A DNA stretch of 64,000 nt, from positions 64,001-128,000 of the forward strand of contig CAXXIN010000001.1 of the NCBI GenBank assembly GCA_963665275.2, read 5' to 3'. Source of the DNA: Negativicutes bacterium. Its GTDB lineage: Bacteria > Bacillota > Negativicutes > UBA1444. The position numbers were made by a program, and so were the translations under genes. The stretch's first letter is position 1, and the number at the start of each line of letters is the position of its first letter. A model generated the notes under the pieces. It had not been told where the DNA came from. It saw only the letters and a program-made list of their open reading frames with translations, and made no database searches. This document shows, in pieces, positions 28,150 through 38,233 of the stretch.

Positions 28150-28649
28150 GGCGTCACCAATAGACGGCGGTCTGCTTCCTCATCATCGATGATGACGCCT
28201 TCTTCTTTATATTTTTTTAGCACAAAATGCGTGGTGGTGCTGACGACGCCGTCGATGGTGGCCAGTTTGGTGGAAACGAACTGGGCGACTTCCTTGAGGT
28301 TGGTTCCTTCGACTGTCACCGCCAGGTCATAGGCGCCGGACATGAGATACAGGCTGCGGACTTCCGGAAAACGGTAAATGCGGGCTGCAATCGCATCGAA
28401 TCCCACTTCCCGCTGCGGCGTGATCTTGACTTCGATGAGCGCCGAAACGTCATCCAGACCGGCTTTTTCCCAGTTGATGATCGGTTGGCATTTGACCAGT
28501 ATTCTATCTTCTTCAAGTTCCTTCATCCACTGGGCGATCTGTTCCGGGCCGACTGCCAGTTGGCGTGCCAGTTGGTCATGGGTCTGATGATAATCCTGAT
28601 CCAATAATTTGAGTAATTCCTGTTTGGCGGTTACTGCTTGGTCATTCAT
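28146..28649 (-). CDS. alaR: Lrp/AsnC family regulator (YugG/AlaR-like)
   Basis: ALIEVKITPQR..GFD.IA.RIYRFPEV.S.YLMSGAYDL...THFVLKKYK; GAGGGG RBS before ATG 28649. Confidence 0.85.
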   Translation of the reverse strand: MNDQAVTAKQELLKLLDQDYHQTHDQLARQLAVGPEQIAQWMKELEEDRILVKCQPIINWEKAGLDDVSALIEVKITPQREVGFDAIAARIYRFPEVRSLYLMSGAYDLAVTVEGTNLKEVAQFVSTKLATIDGVVSTTTHFVLKKYKEEGVIIDDEEADRRLLVTP

Positions 28650-28734
28650 GAGAAATCCCCCTCTTTTATTATCAAGTCTGTTGTTCGTCTTGCCCGGGAA
28701 AATAATTTCTGGAGTGCGACAGGATGAAAAAAGA

Positions 28735-28972
28735 ATAAAAAAAGTTCCCGCCCGATTGCTCGGACGGGAACTTAACTGTCCCGTGGTACCACCCAGATTT
28801 AGCCTAAAAGGCCCTCTCATCCCGCTAACGTTGGGAACACGTCGGACTTCAGGATGGTTCGCATCCTTCCTCCGCAGCTCCGGGCTGGCTACGCCTCTGC
28901 AACCACTCCGCCGGATTTCACCCTGCCGGCTCTCTGTAGGAAGTGCAGAAACTTTGTCCCTTCATCGCATGG
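28735..28972 (-). ncRNA. T-box riboswitch, probable Ala (GCC) specifier
   Basis: Stem I with AGAGA bulge and GGTGAA loop; T-box GGGTGGTACCACGG (28794-28781); terminator with U-tract; GCC at 28889-28887. Confidence 0.88.
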
Positions 28973-29218
28973 TCTATATTGAGTTTTTGTCAGCTATCGT
29001 AATTTATTATAAAGGCCCGTGACGAATGTGGCAAGAAGTTTTTGCCGCAAAATGATCATGGGACCAAAATCCCGGTCAAAACAGGACTCGGTGCTCATAG
29101 CAATTGAGACGTTGGCCAGATGTTGGAAATCACCGGAAAGTGCTACACTGAATCTGGAAATCTATACTTTTGCAGATAGAGTTGCACGGGTGGAATAGGA
29201 CGCCGGGAGGATAAGAGA

Positions 29219-30568
29219 ATGGCACTGCTGGAGAGAATGGAAGGTCGCAAACATATTGAGCAGGCTGCGGGAACCAAGATTGGAGATCGGCCCAAAGCGG
29301 CGACTTCATTGCGGAGTGACCCTTTTCAGTCGCTGAAGAGTAAAATCCATAAACGCGTTGTCGATGAACTGGGTGCGGCTGAGATCGGGCAACGCCAGCT
29401 GGAAGAAGCGGTCACGCGAATCGCTGATTATACGATGGACGAGGAACCTATTCCGGTTCCCCGCTTTGAACGCGGACGTATCATTTCGGAAGTCGTGGAT
29501 GAAGTGCTCGGATATGGGCCGATTCAACCGCTGTTAAAGGATGAGAGCGTCACCGAAGTCATGGTCAACGGACCGAATCAGGTCTACGTGGAACGAAAAG
29601 GCAAATTGGTTTTGACCGATGTCCGGTTTCGCGATGATGCACACGTGATGCATGTGATTGAAAAAATCGTTTCACCGCTCGGCAGGCGGATCGACGAGAG
29701 TTCTCCCATGGTGGATGCGCGTCTCCCCGACGGTTCGCGTGTTAACGCGGTAATCCCCCCTCTGGCGCTGAAAGGTCCCACGATCACCATTCGTAAGTTT
29801 GCCAAAGACCCGTTTACGGTACATGATTTAGTGGGATTCGGGACCTTCACGCAGGAAATGGCGGATTTTCTCCTTGCCTGTGTGGAAGGGAAACTCAACG
29901 TCGTGGTTTCCGGTGGAACCGGTTCAGGCAAGACAACGACATTGAACGTGCTGTCCTCGTTTATCCCGTCGGACGACCGGATCGTAACGATCGAGGATGC
30001 GGCTGAGCTGCAGTTGCGTCAGGAACACGTCGTGACTCTCGAGACCCGTCCGGCCAATATCGAGGGAAAAGGCGCCATAACGATGCGGGATCTCGTGCGA
30101 AATTCACTTCGGATGCGGCCTGACCGTATAGTCGTAGGCGAGGTTCGCGGCGGGGAAGCGCTGGATATGTTGCAGGCCATGAATACCGGACATGATGGAT
30201 CTTTGACGACCGGTCACGCCAATACACCGCGGGATATGCTCTCCCGTCTTGAAACGATGGTGCTGATGGCCGGGATGGACCTGCCGGTCCGGGCGATTCG
30301 GGAACAGATTTCTTCGGCGGTTGATCTGATTGTACAACAGTCGCGTCTGCGGGACGGCAGCCGCAAAATCACGCATCTGACGGAAGTGCAGGGGATGGAG
30401 GGCGAAATCATTACCTTGCAGGATATTTTTGTGTTCGAACAGAATGGTTGTGATGAAACCGGTAAGGTGATCGGGCGGTTCAAACCGACCGGTATTCGGC
30501 CCAAATTCCTGGAGAAATTGTCTGCTTCCGGGACCAACATTCCCAATGAACTTTTTTGGCCCAGGTGA
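29219..30568 (+). CDS. cpaF: Tad/Flp pilus assembly ATPase CpaF/TadA
   Basis: [32 protein letters not shown] and AMNTGHDGS motifs. Confidence 0.93.
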   Translation: MALLERMEGRKHIEQAAGTKIGDRPKAATSLRSDPFQSLKSKIHKRVVDELGAAEIGQRQLEEAVTRIADYTMDEEPIPVPRFERGRIISEVVDEVLGYGPIQPLLKDESVTEVMVNGPNQVYVERKGKLVLTDVRFRDDAHVMHVIEKIVSPLGRRIDESSPMVDARLPDGSRVNAVIPPLALKGPTITIRKFAKDPFTVHDLVGFGTFTQEMADFLLACVEGKLNVVVSGGTGSGKTTTLNVLSSFIPSDDRIVTIEDAAELQLRQEHVVTLETRPANIEGKGAITMRDLVRNSLRMRPDRIVVGEVRGGEALDMLQAMNTGHDGSLTTGHANTPRDMLSRLETMVLMAGMDLPVRAIREQISSAVDLIVQQSRLRDGSRKITHLTEVQGMEGEIITLQDIFVFEQNGCDETGKVIGRFKPTGIRPKFLEKLSASGTNIPNELFWPR

Positions 30569-30581
30569 GGAGTGTGAGATA

Positions 30582-31508
30582 ATGCTGGGGTTGATTGTCG
30601 CCTTGAGTTTTCTCACTGTGTTCATTTTGGTATACATAGCGCTCAAGACGTATGCACCGATGGAAGGCGCGGCTGATTTTCGCCTCAGGGCCTTGGATTC
30701 TCTTATGGAAAACCGCACAGATTTGGACGAGGAACTTTCGAAGCCTTTCGCCCAGAGGATACTTTCGCCGCTAACAGGGTCTGTGGCGGCCCGCCTCACT
30801 CGGTTCACCCCTCACGCCATCCGCGCCATGGTCGAGGATAAACTGGCAGCGGCTGGGGGGCTGGGCGGTATGGGGGTCAATGAGTTTTTGTTGATGATCT
30901 TGTTTCTGGGAATCGCGATGCCTTTGATCACAGCTCTATTGCTTACGCTGATGCAGGCGCCGCTTTATCGGGCGATCGGCTTCTCATTCTATGCACTGGC
31001 TGCCGGAGTTTACTTACCCTTCATGATCCTGAAACGCAAGATAAAAAGCCGGCGACGCAGTATGGTTCGTGACTTGCCTGACGTGCTGGATCTTTTGACC
31101 GTCAGTGTGGAAGCAGGACTGGGGTTCGACGGGGCGCTGCACAAGTTGTCGGAAAAGATGAAAGGCGCCTTGGTCGAAGAGTTTTCAAGGCTGCTTAATG
31201 AGATGCGCGTTGGCGTTCCCCGCCGGACTGCGTTGCTGGCTATGGCATCCCGCTGCAATCTTGAGGATGTATCGGTTTTCACGACCTCGTTGGTGCAGGC
31301 GGATCAACTGGGCGTAAGTATTGGAAACGTGTTGCGGGTTCAGTCAGCCGCCATGAGGGAGAAACGTCGTCAACGAGCGCAAGAGGCGGCGATGAAGGCC
31401 CCGGTCAAAATGTTGCTGCCCTTGGTGTTGTTCATTTTCCCTACGATTTTCGTGATTTTGCTGGGCCCGGCAATGATTAACCTGATCGGAACTTTTGGCA
31501 CAAAATAA
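30582..31508 (+). CDS. tadC: Tad pilus platform protein TadC (T2SS-F family)
   Basis: LPDVLDLLTVSVEAGLGFD...AMKAPVKMLLPLVLFIFP. Confidence 0.88.
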   Translation: MLGLIVALSFLTVFILVYIALKTYAPMEGAADFRLRALDSLMENRTDLDEELSKPFAQRILSPLTGSVAARLTRFTPHAIRAMVEDKLAAAGGLGGMGVNEFLLMILFLGIAMPLITALLLTLMQAPLYRAIGFSFYALAAGVYLPFMILKRKIKSRRRSMVRDLPDVLDLLTVSVEAGLGFDGALHKLSEKMKGALVEEFSRLLNEMRVGVPRRTALLAMASRCNLEDVSVFTTSLVQADQLGVSIGNVLRVQSAAMREKRRQRAQEAAMKAPVKMLLPLVLFIFPTIFVILLGPAMINLIGTFGTK

Positions 31509-31527
31509 TGAAGCAAGGTGAAGCGGT

Positions 31528-31872
31528 ATGCAACTATGGAATCAGACCCGGGGGCGGGTCATGGCGGAAAAACTGAAGATTGCGGACTCGTTCTGGAGCC
31601 GGCTCAAAGGGCTGCTGGGCACGAAAGAACTGCCGAGTGGCGAGGCCTTGTTGATCAGGCCTTGTAATAACATTCACATGTTCGGCATGAAGTACTCCAT
31701 TGACGTCGTTTTCGCTGATGCAGCGAACCAAGTTCTAAAAACAGTTGCCCATTTGACGCCGGGAAAGATTGCAAGCTGCAGGGGAGCTGCCTATGTTGTG
31801 GAGATGCCTTGTGGAACGCTGCAGAATACGGGGACGGAGCCAGGGGACCTGATCGAAATGAAGGATGCGTAA
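31528..31872 (+). CDS. DUF192 family protein
   Basis: ADSFWSRLKGLLG...PCNNIHMFGMKYSIDVVF. Confidence 0.85.
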   Translation: MQLWNQTRGRVMAEKLKIADSFWSRLKGLLGTKELPSGEALLIRPCNNIHMFGMKYSIDVVFADAANQVLKTVAHLTPGKIASCRGAAYVVEMPCGTLQNTGTEPGDLIEMKDA

Positions 31873-31886
31873 AACTGGATGATACA

Positions 31887-31936
31887 AAGGGGCTGTTTCG
31901 CAATAGGTTTTTTCAACCTATTTGAAACAGCCCCTT
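31887..31936. terminator. Bidirectional terminator
   Basis: aaggggctgtttc...gaaacagcccctt long hairpin between convergent genes. Confidence 0.75.
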
Positions 31937-31984
31937 ATTTTGTTTTCTACCCATATGAATGAAAGTGAGCGTTAGACTGGTATT

Positions 31985-33415
31985 TTAAAACATTCCGACC
32001 CATTGCCAGTAGGTCATTGCGCATGCCGCGTAAACGACGCAACCGATGGCGCAGACAACGACTCCAACTTTGGGGAAGTCCTCCACCCGCATTCTCCCTG
32101 TGCCGTAAATGAGGATGTTGGGCAGTGTATTATAAAACATCAACAACGGATATCCACCGATAATCATCCCTGCCGGTAGTGCGAGAACCATGGGCGGGAT
32201 GTTCGCCGTCTGAGCCATCGCGAGCACGATGGGGAGAAAGGCGGTGGCCATGGCCGTAGTACCGACGAACAAAAGATGCATGTATTGGATGATAAACATC
32301 AGGACGATCAAGATCACCAGCATCGAAGCGCCAGCCAATCCCAACGCTTTGAAGATGCTTACAGCCAACCATTTGGCGGCGCCGGTTTTCATCAGAATGT
32401 CGCCGAGGGAAATTCCGCCGCCGGCAATCAGGATGATTTGCCACGAAATCCCTTTGTTCGCGTCATTCCAGTCGAGCACGCCGAATTTGGGCAGGAAGAA
32501 GAGCCCGGATGCGGCGAGGCAGGAAGTTGTCGGGTCGATTTTGGTCCATTTTCCGGTAGCCCACAGAATCACAACCAGAACGAACACGGAGAGTGCGCGC
32601 CATTCTTGTGAACTCATTGATCCCATTGAACTCAGCTTATTCTGAATGAACTCAGTGCCGCCGGGAATTTCTTTGTGTTCAGGTTTATAAACCCATTGGA
32701 TGAAGCCCCAGGTGATGAAAGTCATGAGGAGGGCTGGCGGAAAACCGTATAGCAACCAATCCGTATAAGAAATCAAAGGGCCGCCGGCTTTTACAATAAA
32801 ATCGATTGTAACCGGATTGGGCACCGTGGCAGTCAGGATGCCGGCGCCAATGGTGGCGTTCGTAAAGGCTAGCGTCAATAATAAATTAATGGCGAACTTT
32901 GAACGTCCTTCAGTTTTGAACAGTTCAATGATACTGATACATACCGGCAGGAGGATCGCTGTCCGGGCTGTTGATGAAGGAACCAGAAAGGCCAGACAGA
33001 TGTTGGCCATCATGACTCCGAGAGTGATATTGCGGGCGGATCCACCGATCGTCGAAAGGATTTTATACGTAATCCGTTCGGCAAGCTTTGTCTTCACCAT
33101 AGCCGTAGCTAGGAGGAACGCTCCCACGATCAGATATACGGAGGACGATGAAAATCCCTCCAATGCACTCTTCAAATTCACGACACCCATCAGCACCGCA
33201 GCCGGCACAATGAGCAGACTCGTAATGGGCAGCGGCATCGCTTCGGTAAGGTAAAGAACAAATACACCGACAAAAAGGGACAAGGCTTTTTGCCCCACGA
33301 TGGAAAGTCCTGTTTGCTGCGGCATGAACCAGACCGCCAGCATGAGTAGTAGGGCCAGGGGGAGACCGATCTTGTGACGGATTTCATCGACGCGGCTGTT
33401 ACCGGGAGCGCTCAT
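31985..33415 (-). CDS. DASS (SLC13) family anion/dicarboxylate transporter
   Basis: Many TM helices; VPSSTART, TATVPN and W.IILIAGGGISLG motifs. Confidence 0.88.
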   Translation of the reverse strand: MSAPGNSRVDEIRHKIGLPLALLLMLAVWFMPQQTGLSIVGQKALSLFVGVFVLYLTEAMPLPITSLLIVPAAVLMGVVNLKSALEGFSSSSVYLIVGAFLLATAMVKTKLAERITYKILSTIGGSARNITLGVMMANICLAFLVPSSTARTAILLPVCISIIELFKTEGRSKFAINLLLTLAFTNATIGAGILTATVPNPVTIDFIVKAGGPLISYTDWLLYGFPPALLMTFITWGFIQWVYKPEHKEIPGGTEFIQNKLSSMGSMSSQEWRALSVFVLVVILWATGKWTKIDPTTSCLAASGLFFLPKFGVLDWNDANKGISWQIILIAGGGISLGDILMKTGAAKWLAVSIFKALGLAGASMLVILIVLMFIIQYMHLLFVGTTAMATAFLPIVLAMAQTANIPPMVLALPAGMIIGGYPLLMFYNTLPNILIYGTGRMRVEDFPKVGVVVCAIGCVVYAACAMTYWQWVGMF

Positions 33416-33441
33416 TTTTTCTCCTCCTATAATTTAAAAAT

Positions 33442-34383
33442 TTAGGACTTCACGATGTCGCTGCATTTTCCTGCGCGTAGGATCGAACTGTCTGTCTGTC
33501 GTCCTAGGATCTCCTGAATGGTCCGCCCGATGGCCAGTACCGCGTCGAGATCGTATCCGGTCGTCACTTCCATTTCATGGCACATGTGAACGACGTCTTC
33601 CGTGGCGATATTGCCTGATGCGCCCGGCGCGAACGGGCAACCACCCAGCCCGGCGAAACTGGCATCGAAGCGGGTGATTCCGGCCAGCATCCCTGCAACC
33701 ACATTGGACAGGCCCATGCCGCGGGTATTGTGAAAATGCAGGTTCCAGATGACACCCGGGTATTTTGCCAGCACCTGTTTGCCATAGGCATAAACTTGTC
33801 TGGGATTGGCCATGCCGGTAGTGTCGGACAGGGAAAGTTCGCTGACCCCGATTTCCAGGAAGCAGTCGGCAACGGACAACACCTGTTCCAGAGGAACTTT
33901 GCCTTCAAGGGAACAACCGAACGAGGTGGGAATGGCGCCGGACAGCTCCATGCCGTGTGCGGCCGCATAGTCGGCGCATTCCTTGAAGCTGCGGACAACC
34001 TCTTCCGGTGTCCGGTTGCTGTTAGCCTGTGAGTGGGCCCTGCTGGCAGAGGCTGTGAGCTTTGCTTTCGTGACGCCTGAGGCTTCAGCCCGTTCCAACC
34101 CTTTGAGGTTCATGACCAGCGCCCGGTATTCGACGCCCGGCAGTCGCTGGATGCGCCTGGCCACTTCATCGGTGTCCGCCATCTGGGGTACGGCCTTTGG
34201 GTGGACGAAGGAGCCGATTTCGATGATCTTCGCGCCAGCCTGTGCGGCTCGTTCGATCAGTTCGACTTTTTGTTCGGTGGAAAACATCGTCTTTTCATTC
34301 TGCAGACCGTCCCGCGGGCCCACCTCGCTGATGGTAACTTCCGAAGGCCAGGATCCAGTAACCGTTTCAAATGTGTTCATCAT
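33442..34383 (-). CDS. HMG-CoA lyase-like (DRE-TIM) acyl-CoA lyase
   Basis: EVGPRDGLQNE, SFVHPKAVPQMAD, LHFHNTRG and GLGGCPFAPGASGN motifs. Confidence 0.9.
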   Translation of the reverse strand: MMNTFETVTGSWPSEVTISEVGPRDGLQNEKTMFSTEQKVELIERAAQAGAKIIEIGSFVHPKAVPQMADTDEVARRIQRLPGVEYRALVMNLKGLERAEASGVTKAKLTASASRAHSQANSNRTPEEVVRSFKECADYAAAHGMELSGAIPTSFGCSLEGKVPLEQVLSVADCFLEIGVSELSLSDTTGMANPRQVYAYGKQVLAKYPGVIWNLHFHNTRGMGLSNVVAGMLAGITRFDASFAGLGGCPFAPGASGNIATEDVVHMCHEMEVTTGYDLDAVLAIGRTIQEILGRQTDSSILRAGKCSDIVKS

Positions 34384-35579
34384 ATAACACCCTCCGTCTT
34401 CAGCGCCTCGATTTCCGACACCGCCAGGCCGAGGAGACCCTGGTACACTTCCAGATTATGAGCGCCGAGATCAGGACCCGCCCATTTGATTTCTCCGGGG
34501 GTTTCGCTGAATTTCGGCACGATTCCCGGCATTTTGATCGTTCCCATCCGGTTGTACGGAACTTCCACGATGTTTTCCCGCGACGCATAATGGGGGTCTT
34601 CATAAATGTCGGCGATGCTGTAGACCAGATTTACCGGCACGCCTGCGTCGTCCACGATTTTTTTCAATTCAACATAGTTTAGGGAAGCAACCCAGTCGCT
34701 GACGATGGTGTTCATCGCCGCATCATTGCAAACCCGGTTTTTCATCGAGCAGAATAGGGGATCTGTGAGGAGGTCGGGCCGATTCATTGCCCGGGTCAGA
34801 TATTCGTAAGTTCTGTCCGTGCTGCAGACCAGCACGACCCATTTTCCGTCTTTCGTCTGATAGGTGCCGCCAGGGCTGGACGTTCCACTGAGTTTGGGCG
34901 TTCGTTCTTTGATGACTCCGTTTTTGTGATAGTCGGCGACCGGGATTTCCATCATGCGGAAGATGCTCTCATACAAACTGACATCGATTTCCTGAGGTAC
35001 TCCGGCGAGACAGTCCCTGTGGTACAGAGCCATCATGGTTGACATGGCGGCGTACAGTCCGCTGATATAGTCGGCGAGGGAGAATGACGGACTCACGGGC
35101 GGACGGTCCTTGTATCCGGTGATATAGGTCATGCCGGAAAAAGCGGTGGCAGGAGTGCCGAAGCCGGCGGTAAGCGCGTTGGGGCCAGTCTGGCCGTACC
35201 CCGTGACTCGCGTCATGATGATTCGTGGGTTGGCTTTTTTCATCGTTTCGTAATCCAGTCCCCATTTGTCCAGCGTACCGGTCCGGAAGTTTTCGATCAC
35301 AACATCGCACTGTTTAATAAGTTCCAGGCACAATTCCTTACCCTTTTCCTTGCGCAGATCCAATGTTATGCATCTTTTGTTTCGGCCCATGGCAGCCCAT
35401 CTTACAGATTCTCCGTTGTGATAGGGGCCCAATGCACGGAATGGGTCACCACCCACGGGTTGTTCGACTTTGATGACATCCGCGCCAAAATCGGCCATGA
35501 GGCCAGCTGCGAATGGGGCTGCAATAACAGTGGACAGATCGAGTACCCTGACACCTGCCAATAGAGACAAATCCTTCAC
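34380..35579 (-). CDS. CaiB/BaiF family III CoA transferase
   Basis: GVRVLDLS..IAAP...ADFGADVIKVE, RNKR.ITLDL, ENFR and GYGQTGP motifs. Confidence 0.92.
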   Translation of the reverse strand: MKDLSLLAGVRVLDLSTVIAAPFAAGLMADFGADVIKVEQPVGGDPFRALGPYHNGESVRWAAMGRNKRCITLDLRKEKGKELCLELIKQCDVVIENFRTGTLDKWGLDYETMKKANPRIIMTRVTGYGQTGPNALTAGFGTPATAFSGMTYITGYKDRPPVSPSFSLADYISGLYAAMSTMMALYHRDCLAGVPQEIDVSLYESIFRMMEIPVADYHKNGVIKERTPKLSGTSSPGGTYQTKDGKWVVLVCSTDRTYEYLTRAMNRPDLLTDPLFCSMKNRVCNDAAMNTIVSDWVASLNYVELKKIVDDAGVPVNLVYSIADIYEDPHYASRENIVEVPYNRMGTIKMPGIVPKFSETPGEIKWAGPDLGAHNLEVYQGLLGLAVSEIEALKTEGVI

Positions 35580-35763
35580 TCCTTTTTCATTGGGTAAAAA
35601 TCAATTTCGTTTAATAAAAAAATATCATATTGAGGTTGCAAATGCAAGATGTTTTTTGAATTATTCCAACTACTTTCTTTTCTGCCGTAGAAAGGAGTAT
35701 GAATCGCCAAGCCCGAATATTATAACCTGGCAATTGCTGTTCAAAACTGGAGGACGATTTTCC

Positions 35764-36516
35764 ATGAAAATGATCGACGACACCGCCACGAATTCGGCCG
35801 GACTACGCACACTCGAACGGGGGCTGGATATTCTGGATATATTCAGTCACGGCGCCACCAAACTAACCCTGACCGAAATCGCGGCCAAAATAAATTTATC
35901 ACCCAGCACAGCTTCACGGCTTTTGCATACTCTTTTGAACCGAGGCTATCTCTCCCGTGATGCGGAGACCAAAAAATATGTCATCGGCTCTCAGGCCTTG
36001 CGACTGAACGCATCTTCCTTCCGAACCTTTGATCTGCGCCCGCTGGCGGAGCCGATTATGCGTAGGCTGGCTGAACGATATAACGAAAGCATCACTCTGT
36101 ATGTCGCGTTGGATGGGCAGCGCGTATGCATTGACCGAGTCGAAACCACTCACGCCCTGCGTCATGTCGTCAATATCGGAGATCGACTCCCACTGGTCCG
36201 TGGCGCCGGCGGCAAGGTTCTGTTGGCTTGGGTGTCGGCAGAAGAGAGAAAAATGGTGGATTCTTTTGCCGAAAAAGTTTCTGCCGCTGAATTGGCCCAG
36301 ATCAGAAAACAAGGCTTCGCCATCAGCCTGGGGGAACGGGATCAGGGCGTCGGCGCCATTGCCGCGCCTGTTTTTGATGCCGAAGGCCGCATCCAGTGTT
36401 CCCTGTCGTTGTCAGCACCTTTGGTGCGCCTGGATCGGGAAGGGTTTGAAAAGATCGCGCCAGATATTGTAGAAGCAGCCTTTCAAATTTCGGCCGGCTT
36501 GGGATATGTGAAATGA
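35764..36516 (+). CDS. IclR family transcriptional regulator
   Basis: RTLERGLDIL..F...LTLTEIA..NLSPSTASRLL; GAGGKVLLA; AIAAPVFD; GGAGG RBS. Confidence 0.92.
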   Translation: MKMIDDTATNSAGLRTLERGLDILDIFSHGATKLTLTEIAAKINLSPSTASRLLHTLLNRGYLSRDAETKKYVIGSQALRLNASSFRTFDLRPLAEPIMRRLAERYNESITLYVALDGQRVCIDRVETTHALRHVVNIGDRLPLVRGAGGKVLLAWVSAEERKMVDSFAEKVSAAELAQIRKQGFAISLGERDQGVGAIAAPVFDAEGRIQCSLSLSAPLVRLDREGFEKIAPDIVEAAFQISAGLGYVK

Positions 36517-36534
36517 TTGCTGCGGCTCATTTTT

Positions 36535-36700
36535 TCCATCGCACAGCCTGTAAGACCCTGCCTCCTAGGTCGGGGATAAACAGGCTGTAGCTCGAATCCC
36601 TAAAGGAAAACTTCGGCTTCGCGAAATCAGAGATTTCGAGCCTCAGTCTTAAATTCGACTAAGATTCAGGTGGCGTTATAACACCATCTGAATCAAGTCT
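36535..36700. repeat. Palindromic dispersed repeat (MITE/REP-like), copy 2 with internal ~50-bp insert
   Basis: Shares both ends with 26861..26975; extra hairpin-containing segment at about 36597-36650. Confidence 0.8.
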
Positions 36701-36766
36701 ACATTTATTGTAGAAAAGTTTGCGGCTGTGATAAAATATAAAGATAATCACAAGGAGGCTGCCAAT

Positions 36767-38233
36767 TTGCGCACGTATCGCGCTACTCAAATGCCACTGC
36801 TGGCAGCCATGCAGGGATATCTGGCGGAGCAGGTGCTGCCGTTTCATACTCCGGGGCACAAAGCCGGTAAAGGTGCGCACGAAAGCCTCCAGCAATATTT
36901 GGGGCCTGACGCTTTAGCGATGGATCTCGCCGTTGTGCCAGGCTTGAATGATCTATTTGACAAACAGGGACCAATCCGCGAATCGCAACAACTCACCGCT
37001 TCCCTTTATGGCGCGGATGAAAGCTATTTTTTGATCAATGGAACTACCGGCGGCATTTACGCCATGATTCTGGCGACTGTCGGACCGGGGGAGAAAATCA
37101 TTGTTCCCCGCAATATCCATCGATCCGTGATGGGAGCCTTGATTCTTGCGGGGGCTGTTCCTGTCTTTGTCCGACCTGAAGTGGATGACGCCTTGCAAAT
37201 TGCGATGAACGTTCCACTTGAATCTTACGAATTGGCGATCCGCCAAAACCCCGACGCGAAAGCGTTACTGGTGATCAACCCCACGTATTATGGAGTAACG
37301 GCTGATATCGCCGCTATCACGGCTTTATCGCATCAATACGGGCTGAGCGTGCTGGTGGATGAAGCCCACGGCCCGCACTTCCACTTTTCACAGCAACTGC
37401 CGGTCCAGGGTATCACCGCAGGCGCCGACCTCGTTGTGCAGAGCACTCATAAAATTTTGGGCGCGTTGTCGCAGGCATCTCTCTTGCACTGCCGACAGGG
37501 TAGGATCAATGTCCCCCGGCTGGAAACAATGCTGCAGCTGGTGCAGTCGAGCAGCCCCAACTATATTCTTCTGGCGTCACTCGAAGCGGCGGTCACTCAG
37601 ATGCGTGAATCCGGCGAGTTGCTGGTGGGTCGATCGCTGGCGCTCTCACATACGGCGCGCAGTTGCATCAACGAGATCCCCGGCCTGTATTGTTTTGGGG
37701 CCGAGAAGCTCGGCGGGCCTGGCGTCTTCGGTCTCGATGCGACAAAGCTGGTTGTGAATGTGAGGGGTCTCGGGATTCATGGCAATGATGCCGAAATCTG
37801 GCTCAGGCGTTTCGGCAAAGTTCAGGCTGAACTTTCGGATATGAATAATCTATTGTTTCTGGTCACGCTGGCCGATGACGAAGCGTCTATGAAACAACTT
37901 CTGCAGGCGCTCACGGCTCTGTCGGCAGAATATGCAGACGGGATGGAAAAAACCGCGGAGCCATTGGCAACGTTGCCTGACGCCGCGACTGCGCTTTTCC
38001 TGTCGCCCCGCGAAGCGGTATTCAGCAAACAGGAACGGGTGAGTTTTTCCGATTCTGCTGGCCGCATCTGCGCCGAAACCATTACCAGTTATCCGCCGGG
38101 AATCCCGATCCTGTTTCCTGGCGAACAGATTACTCCGGCAGCGATCACCTATTGTCAGGCGCTGCAACGACAAGGGTTTACTATTCTCGGGCCCGAAGAC
38201 CCGGCGTTGAATACCGTGGAAGTGGTGGCATAA
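36767..38233 (+). CDS. Orn/Lys/Arg decarboxylase family protein (YaaO-like)
   Basis: FHTPGHK, PRNIHRS, DEAHG, QSTHK and YPPGIP motifs; TTG start after AAGGAGG. Confidence 0.9.
   Translation: MRTYRATQMPLLAAMQGYLAEQVLPFHTPGHKAGKGAHESLQQYLGPDALAMDLAVVPGLNDLFDKQGPIRESQQLTASLYGADESYFLINGTTGGIYAMILATVGPGEKIIVPRNIHRSVMGALILAGAVPVFVRPEVDDALQIAMNVPLESYELAIRQNPDAKALLVINPTYYGVTADIAAITALSHQYGLSVLVDEAHGPHFHFSQQLPVQGITAGADLVVQSTHKILGALSQASLLHCRQGRINVPRLETMLQLVQSSSPNYILLASLEAAVTQMRESGELLVGRSLALSHTARSCINEIPGLYCFGAEKLGGPGVFGLDATKLVVNVRGLGIHGNDAEIWLRRFGKVQAELSDMNNLLFLVTLADDEASMKQLLQALTALSAEYADGMEKTAEPLATLPDAATALFLSPREAVFSKQERVSFSDSAGRICAETITSYPPGIPILFPGEQITPAAITYCQALQRQGFTILGPEDPALNTVEVVA

Noticed and set aside
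28650-28820. N-terminal extension of the Lrp ORF given in the ORF track
   Set aside because: It runs through the T-box terminator; a good RBS precedes ATG 28649.
35470-35763. N-terminal extension of the IclR ORF
   Set aside because: It overlaps the divergent CoA-transferase gene and promoter region; GGAGG precedes ATG 35764.
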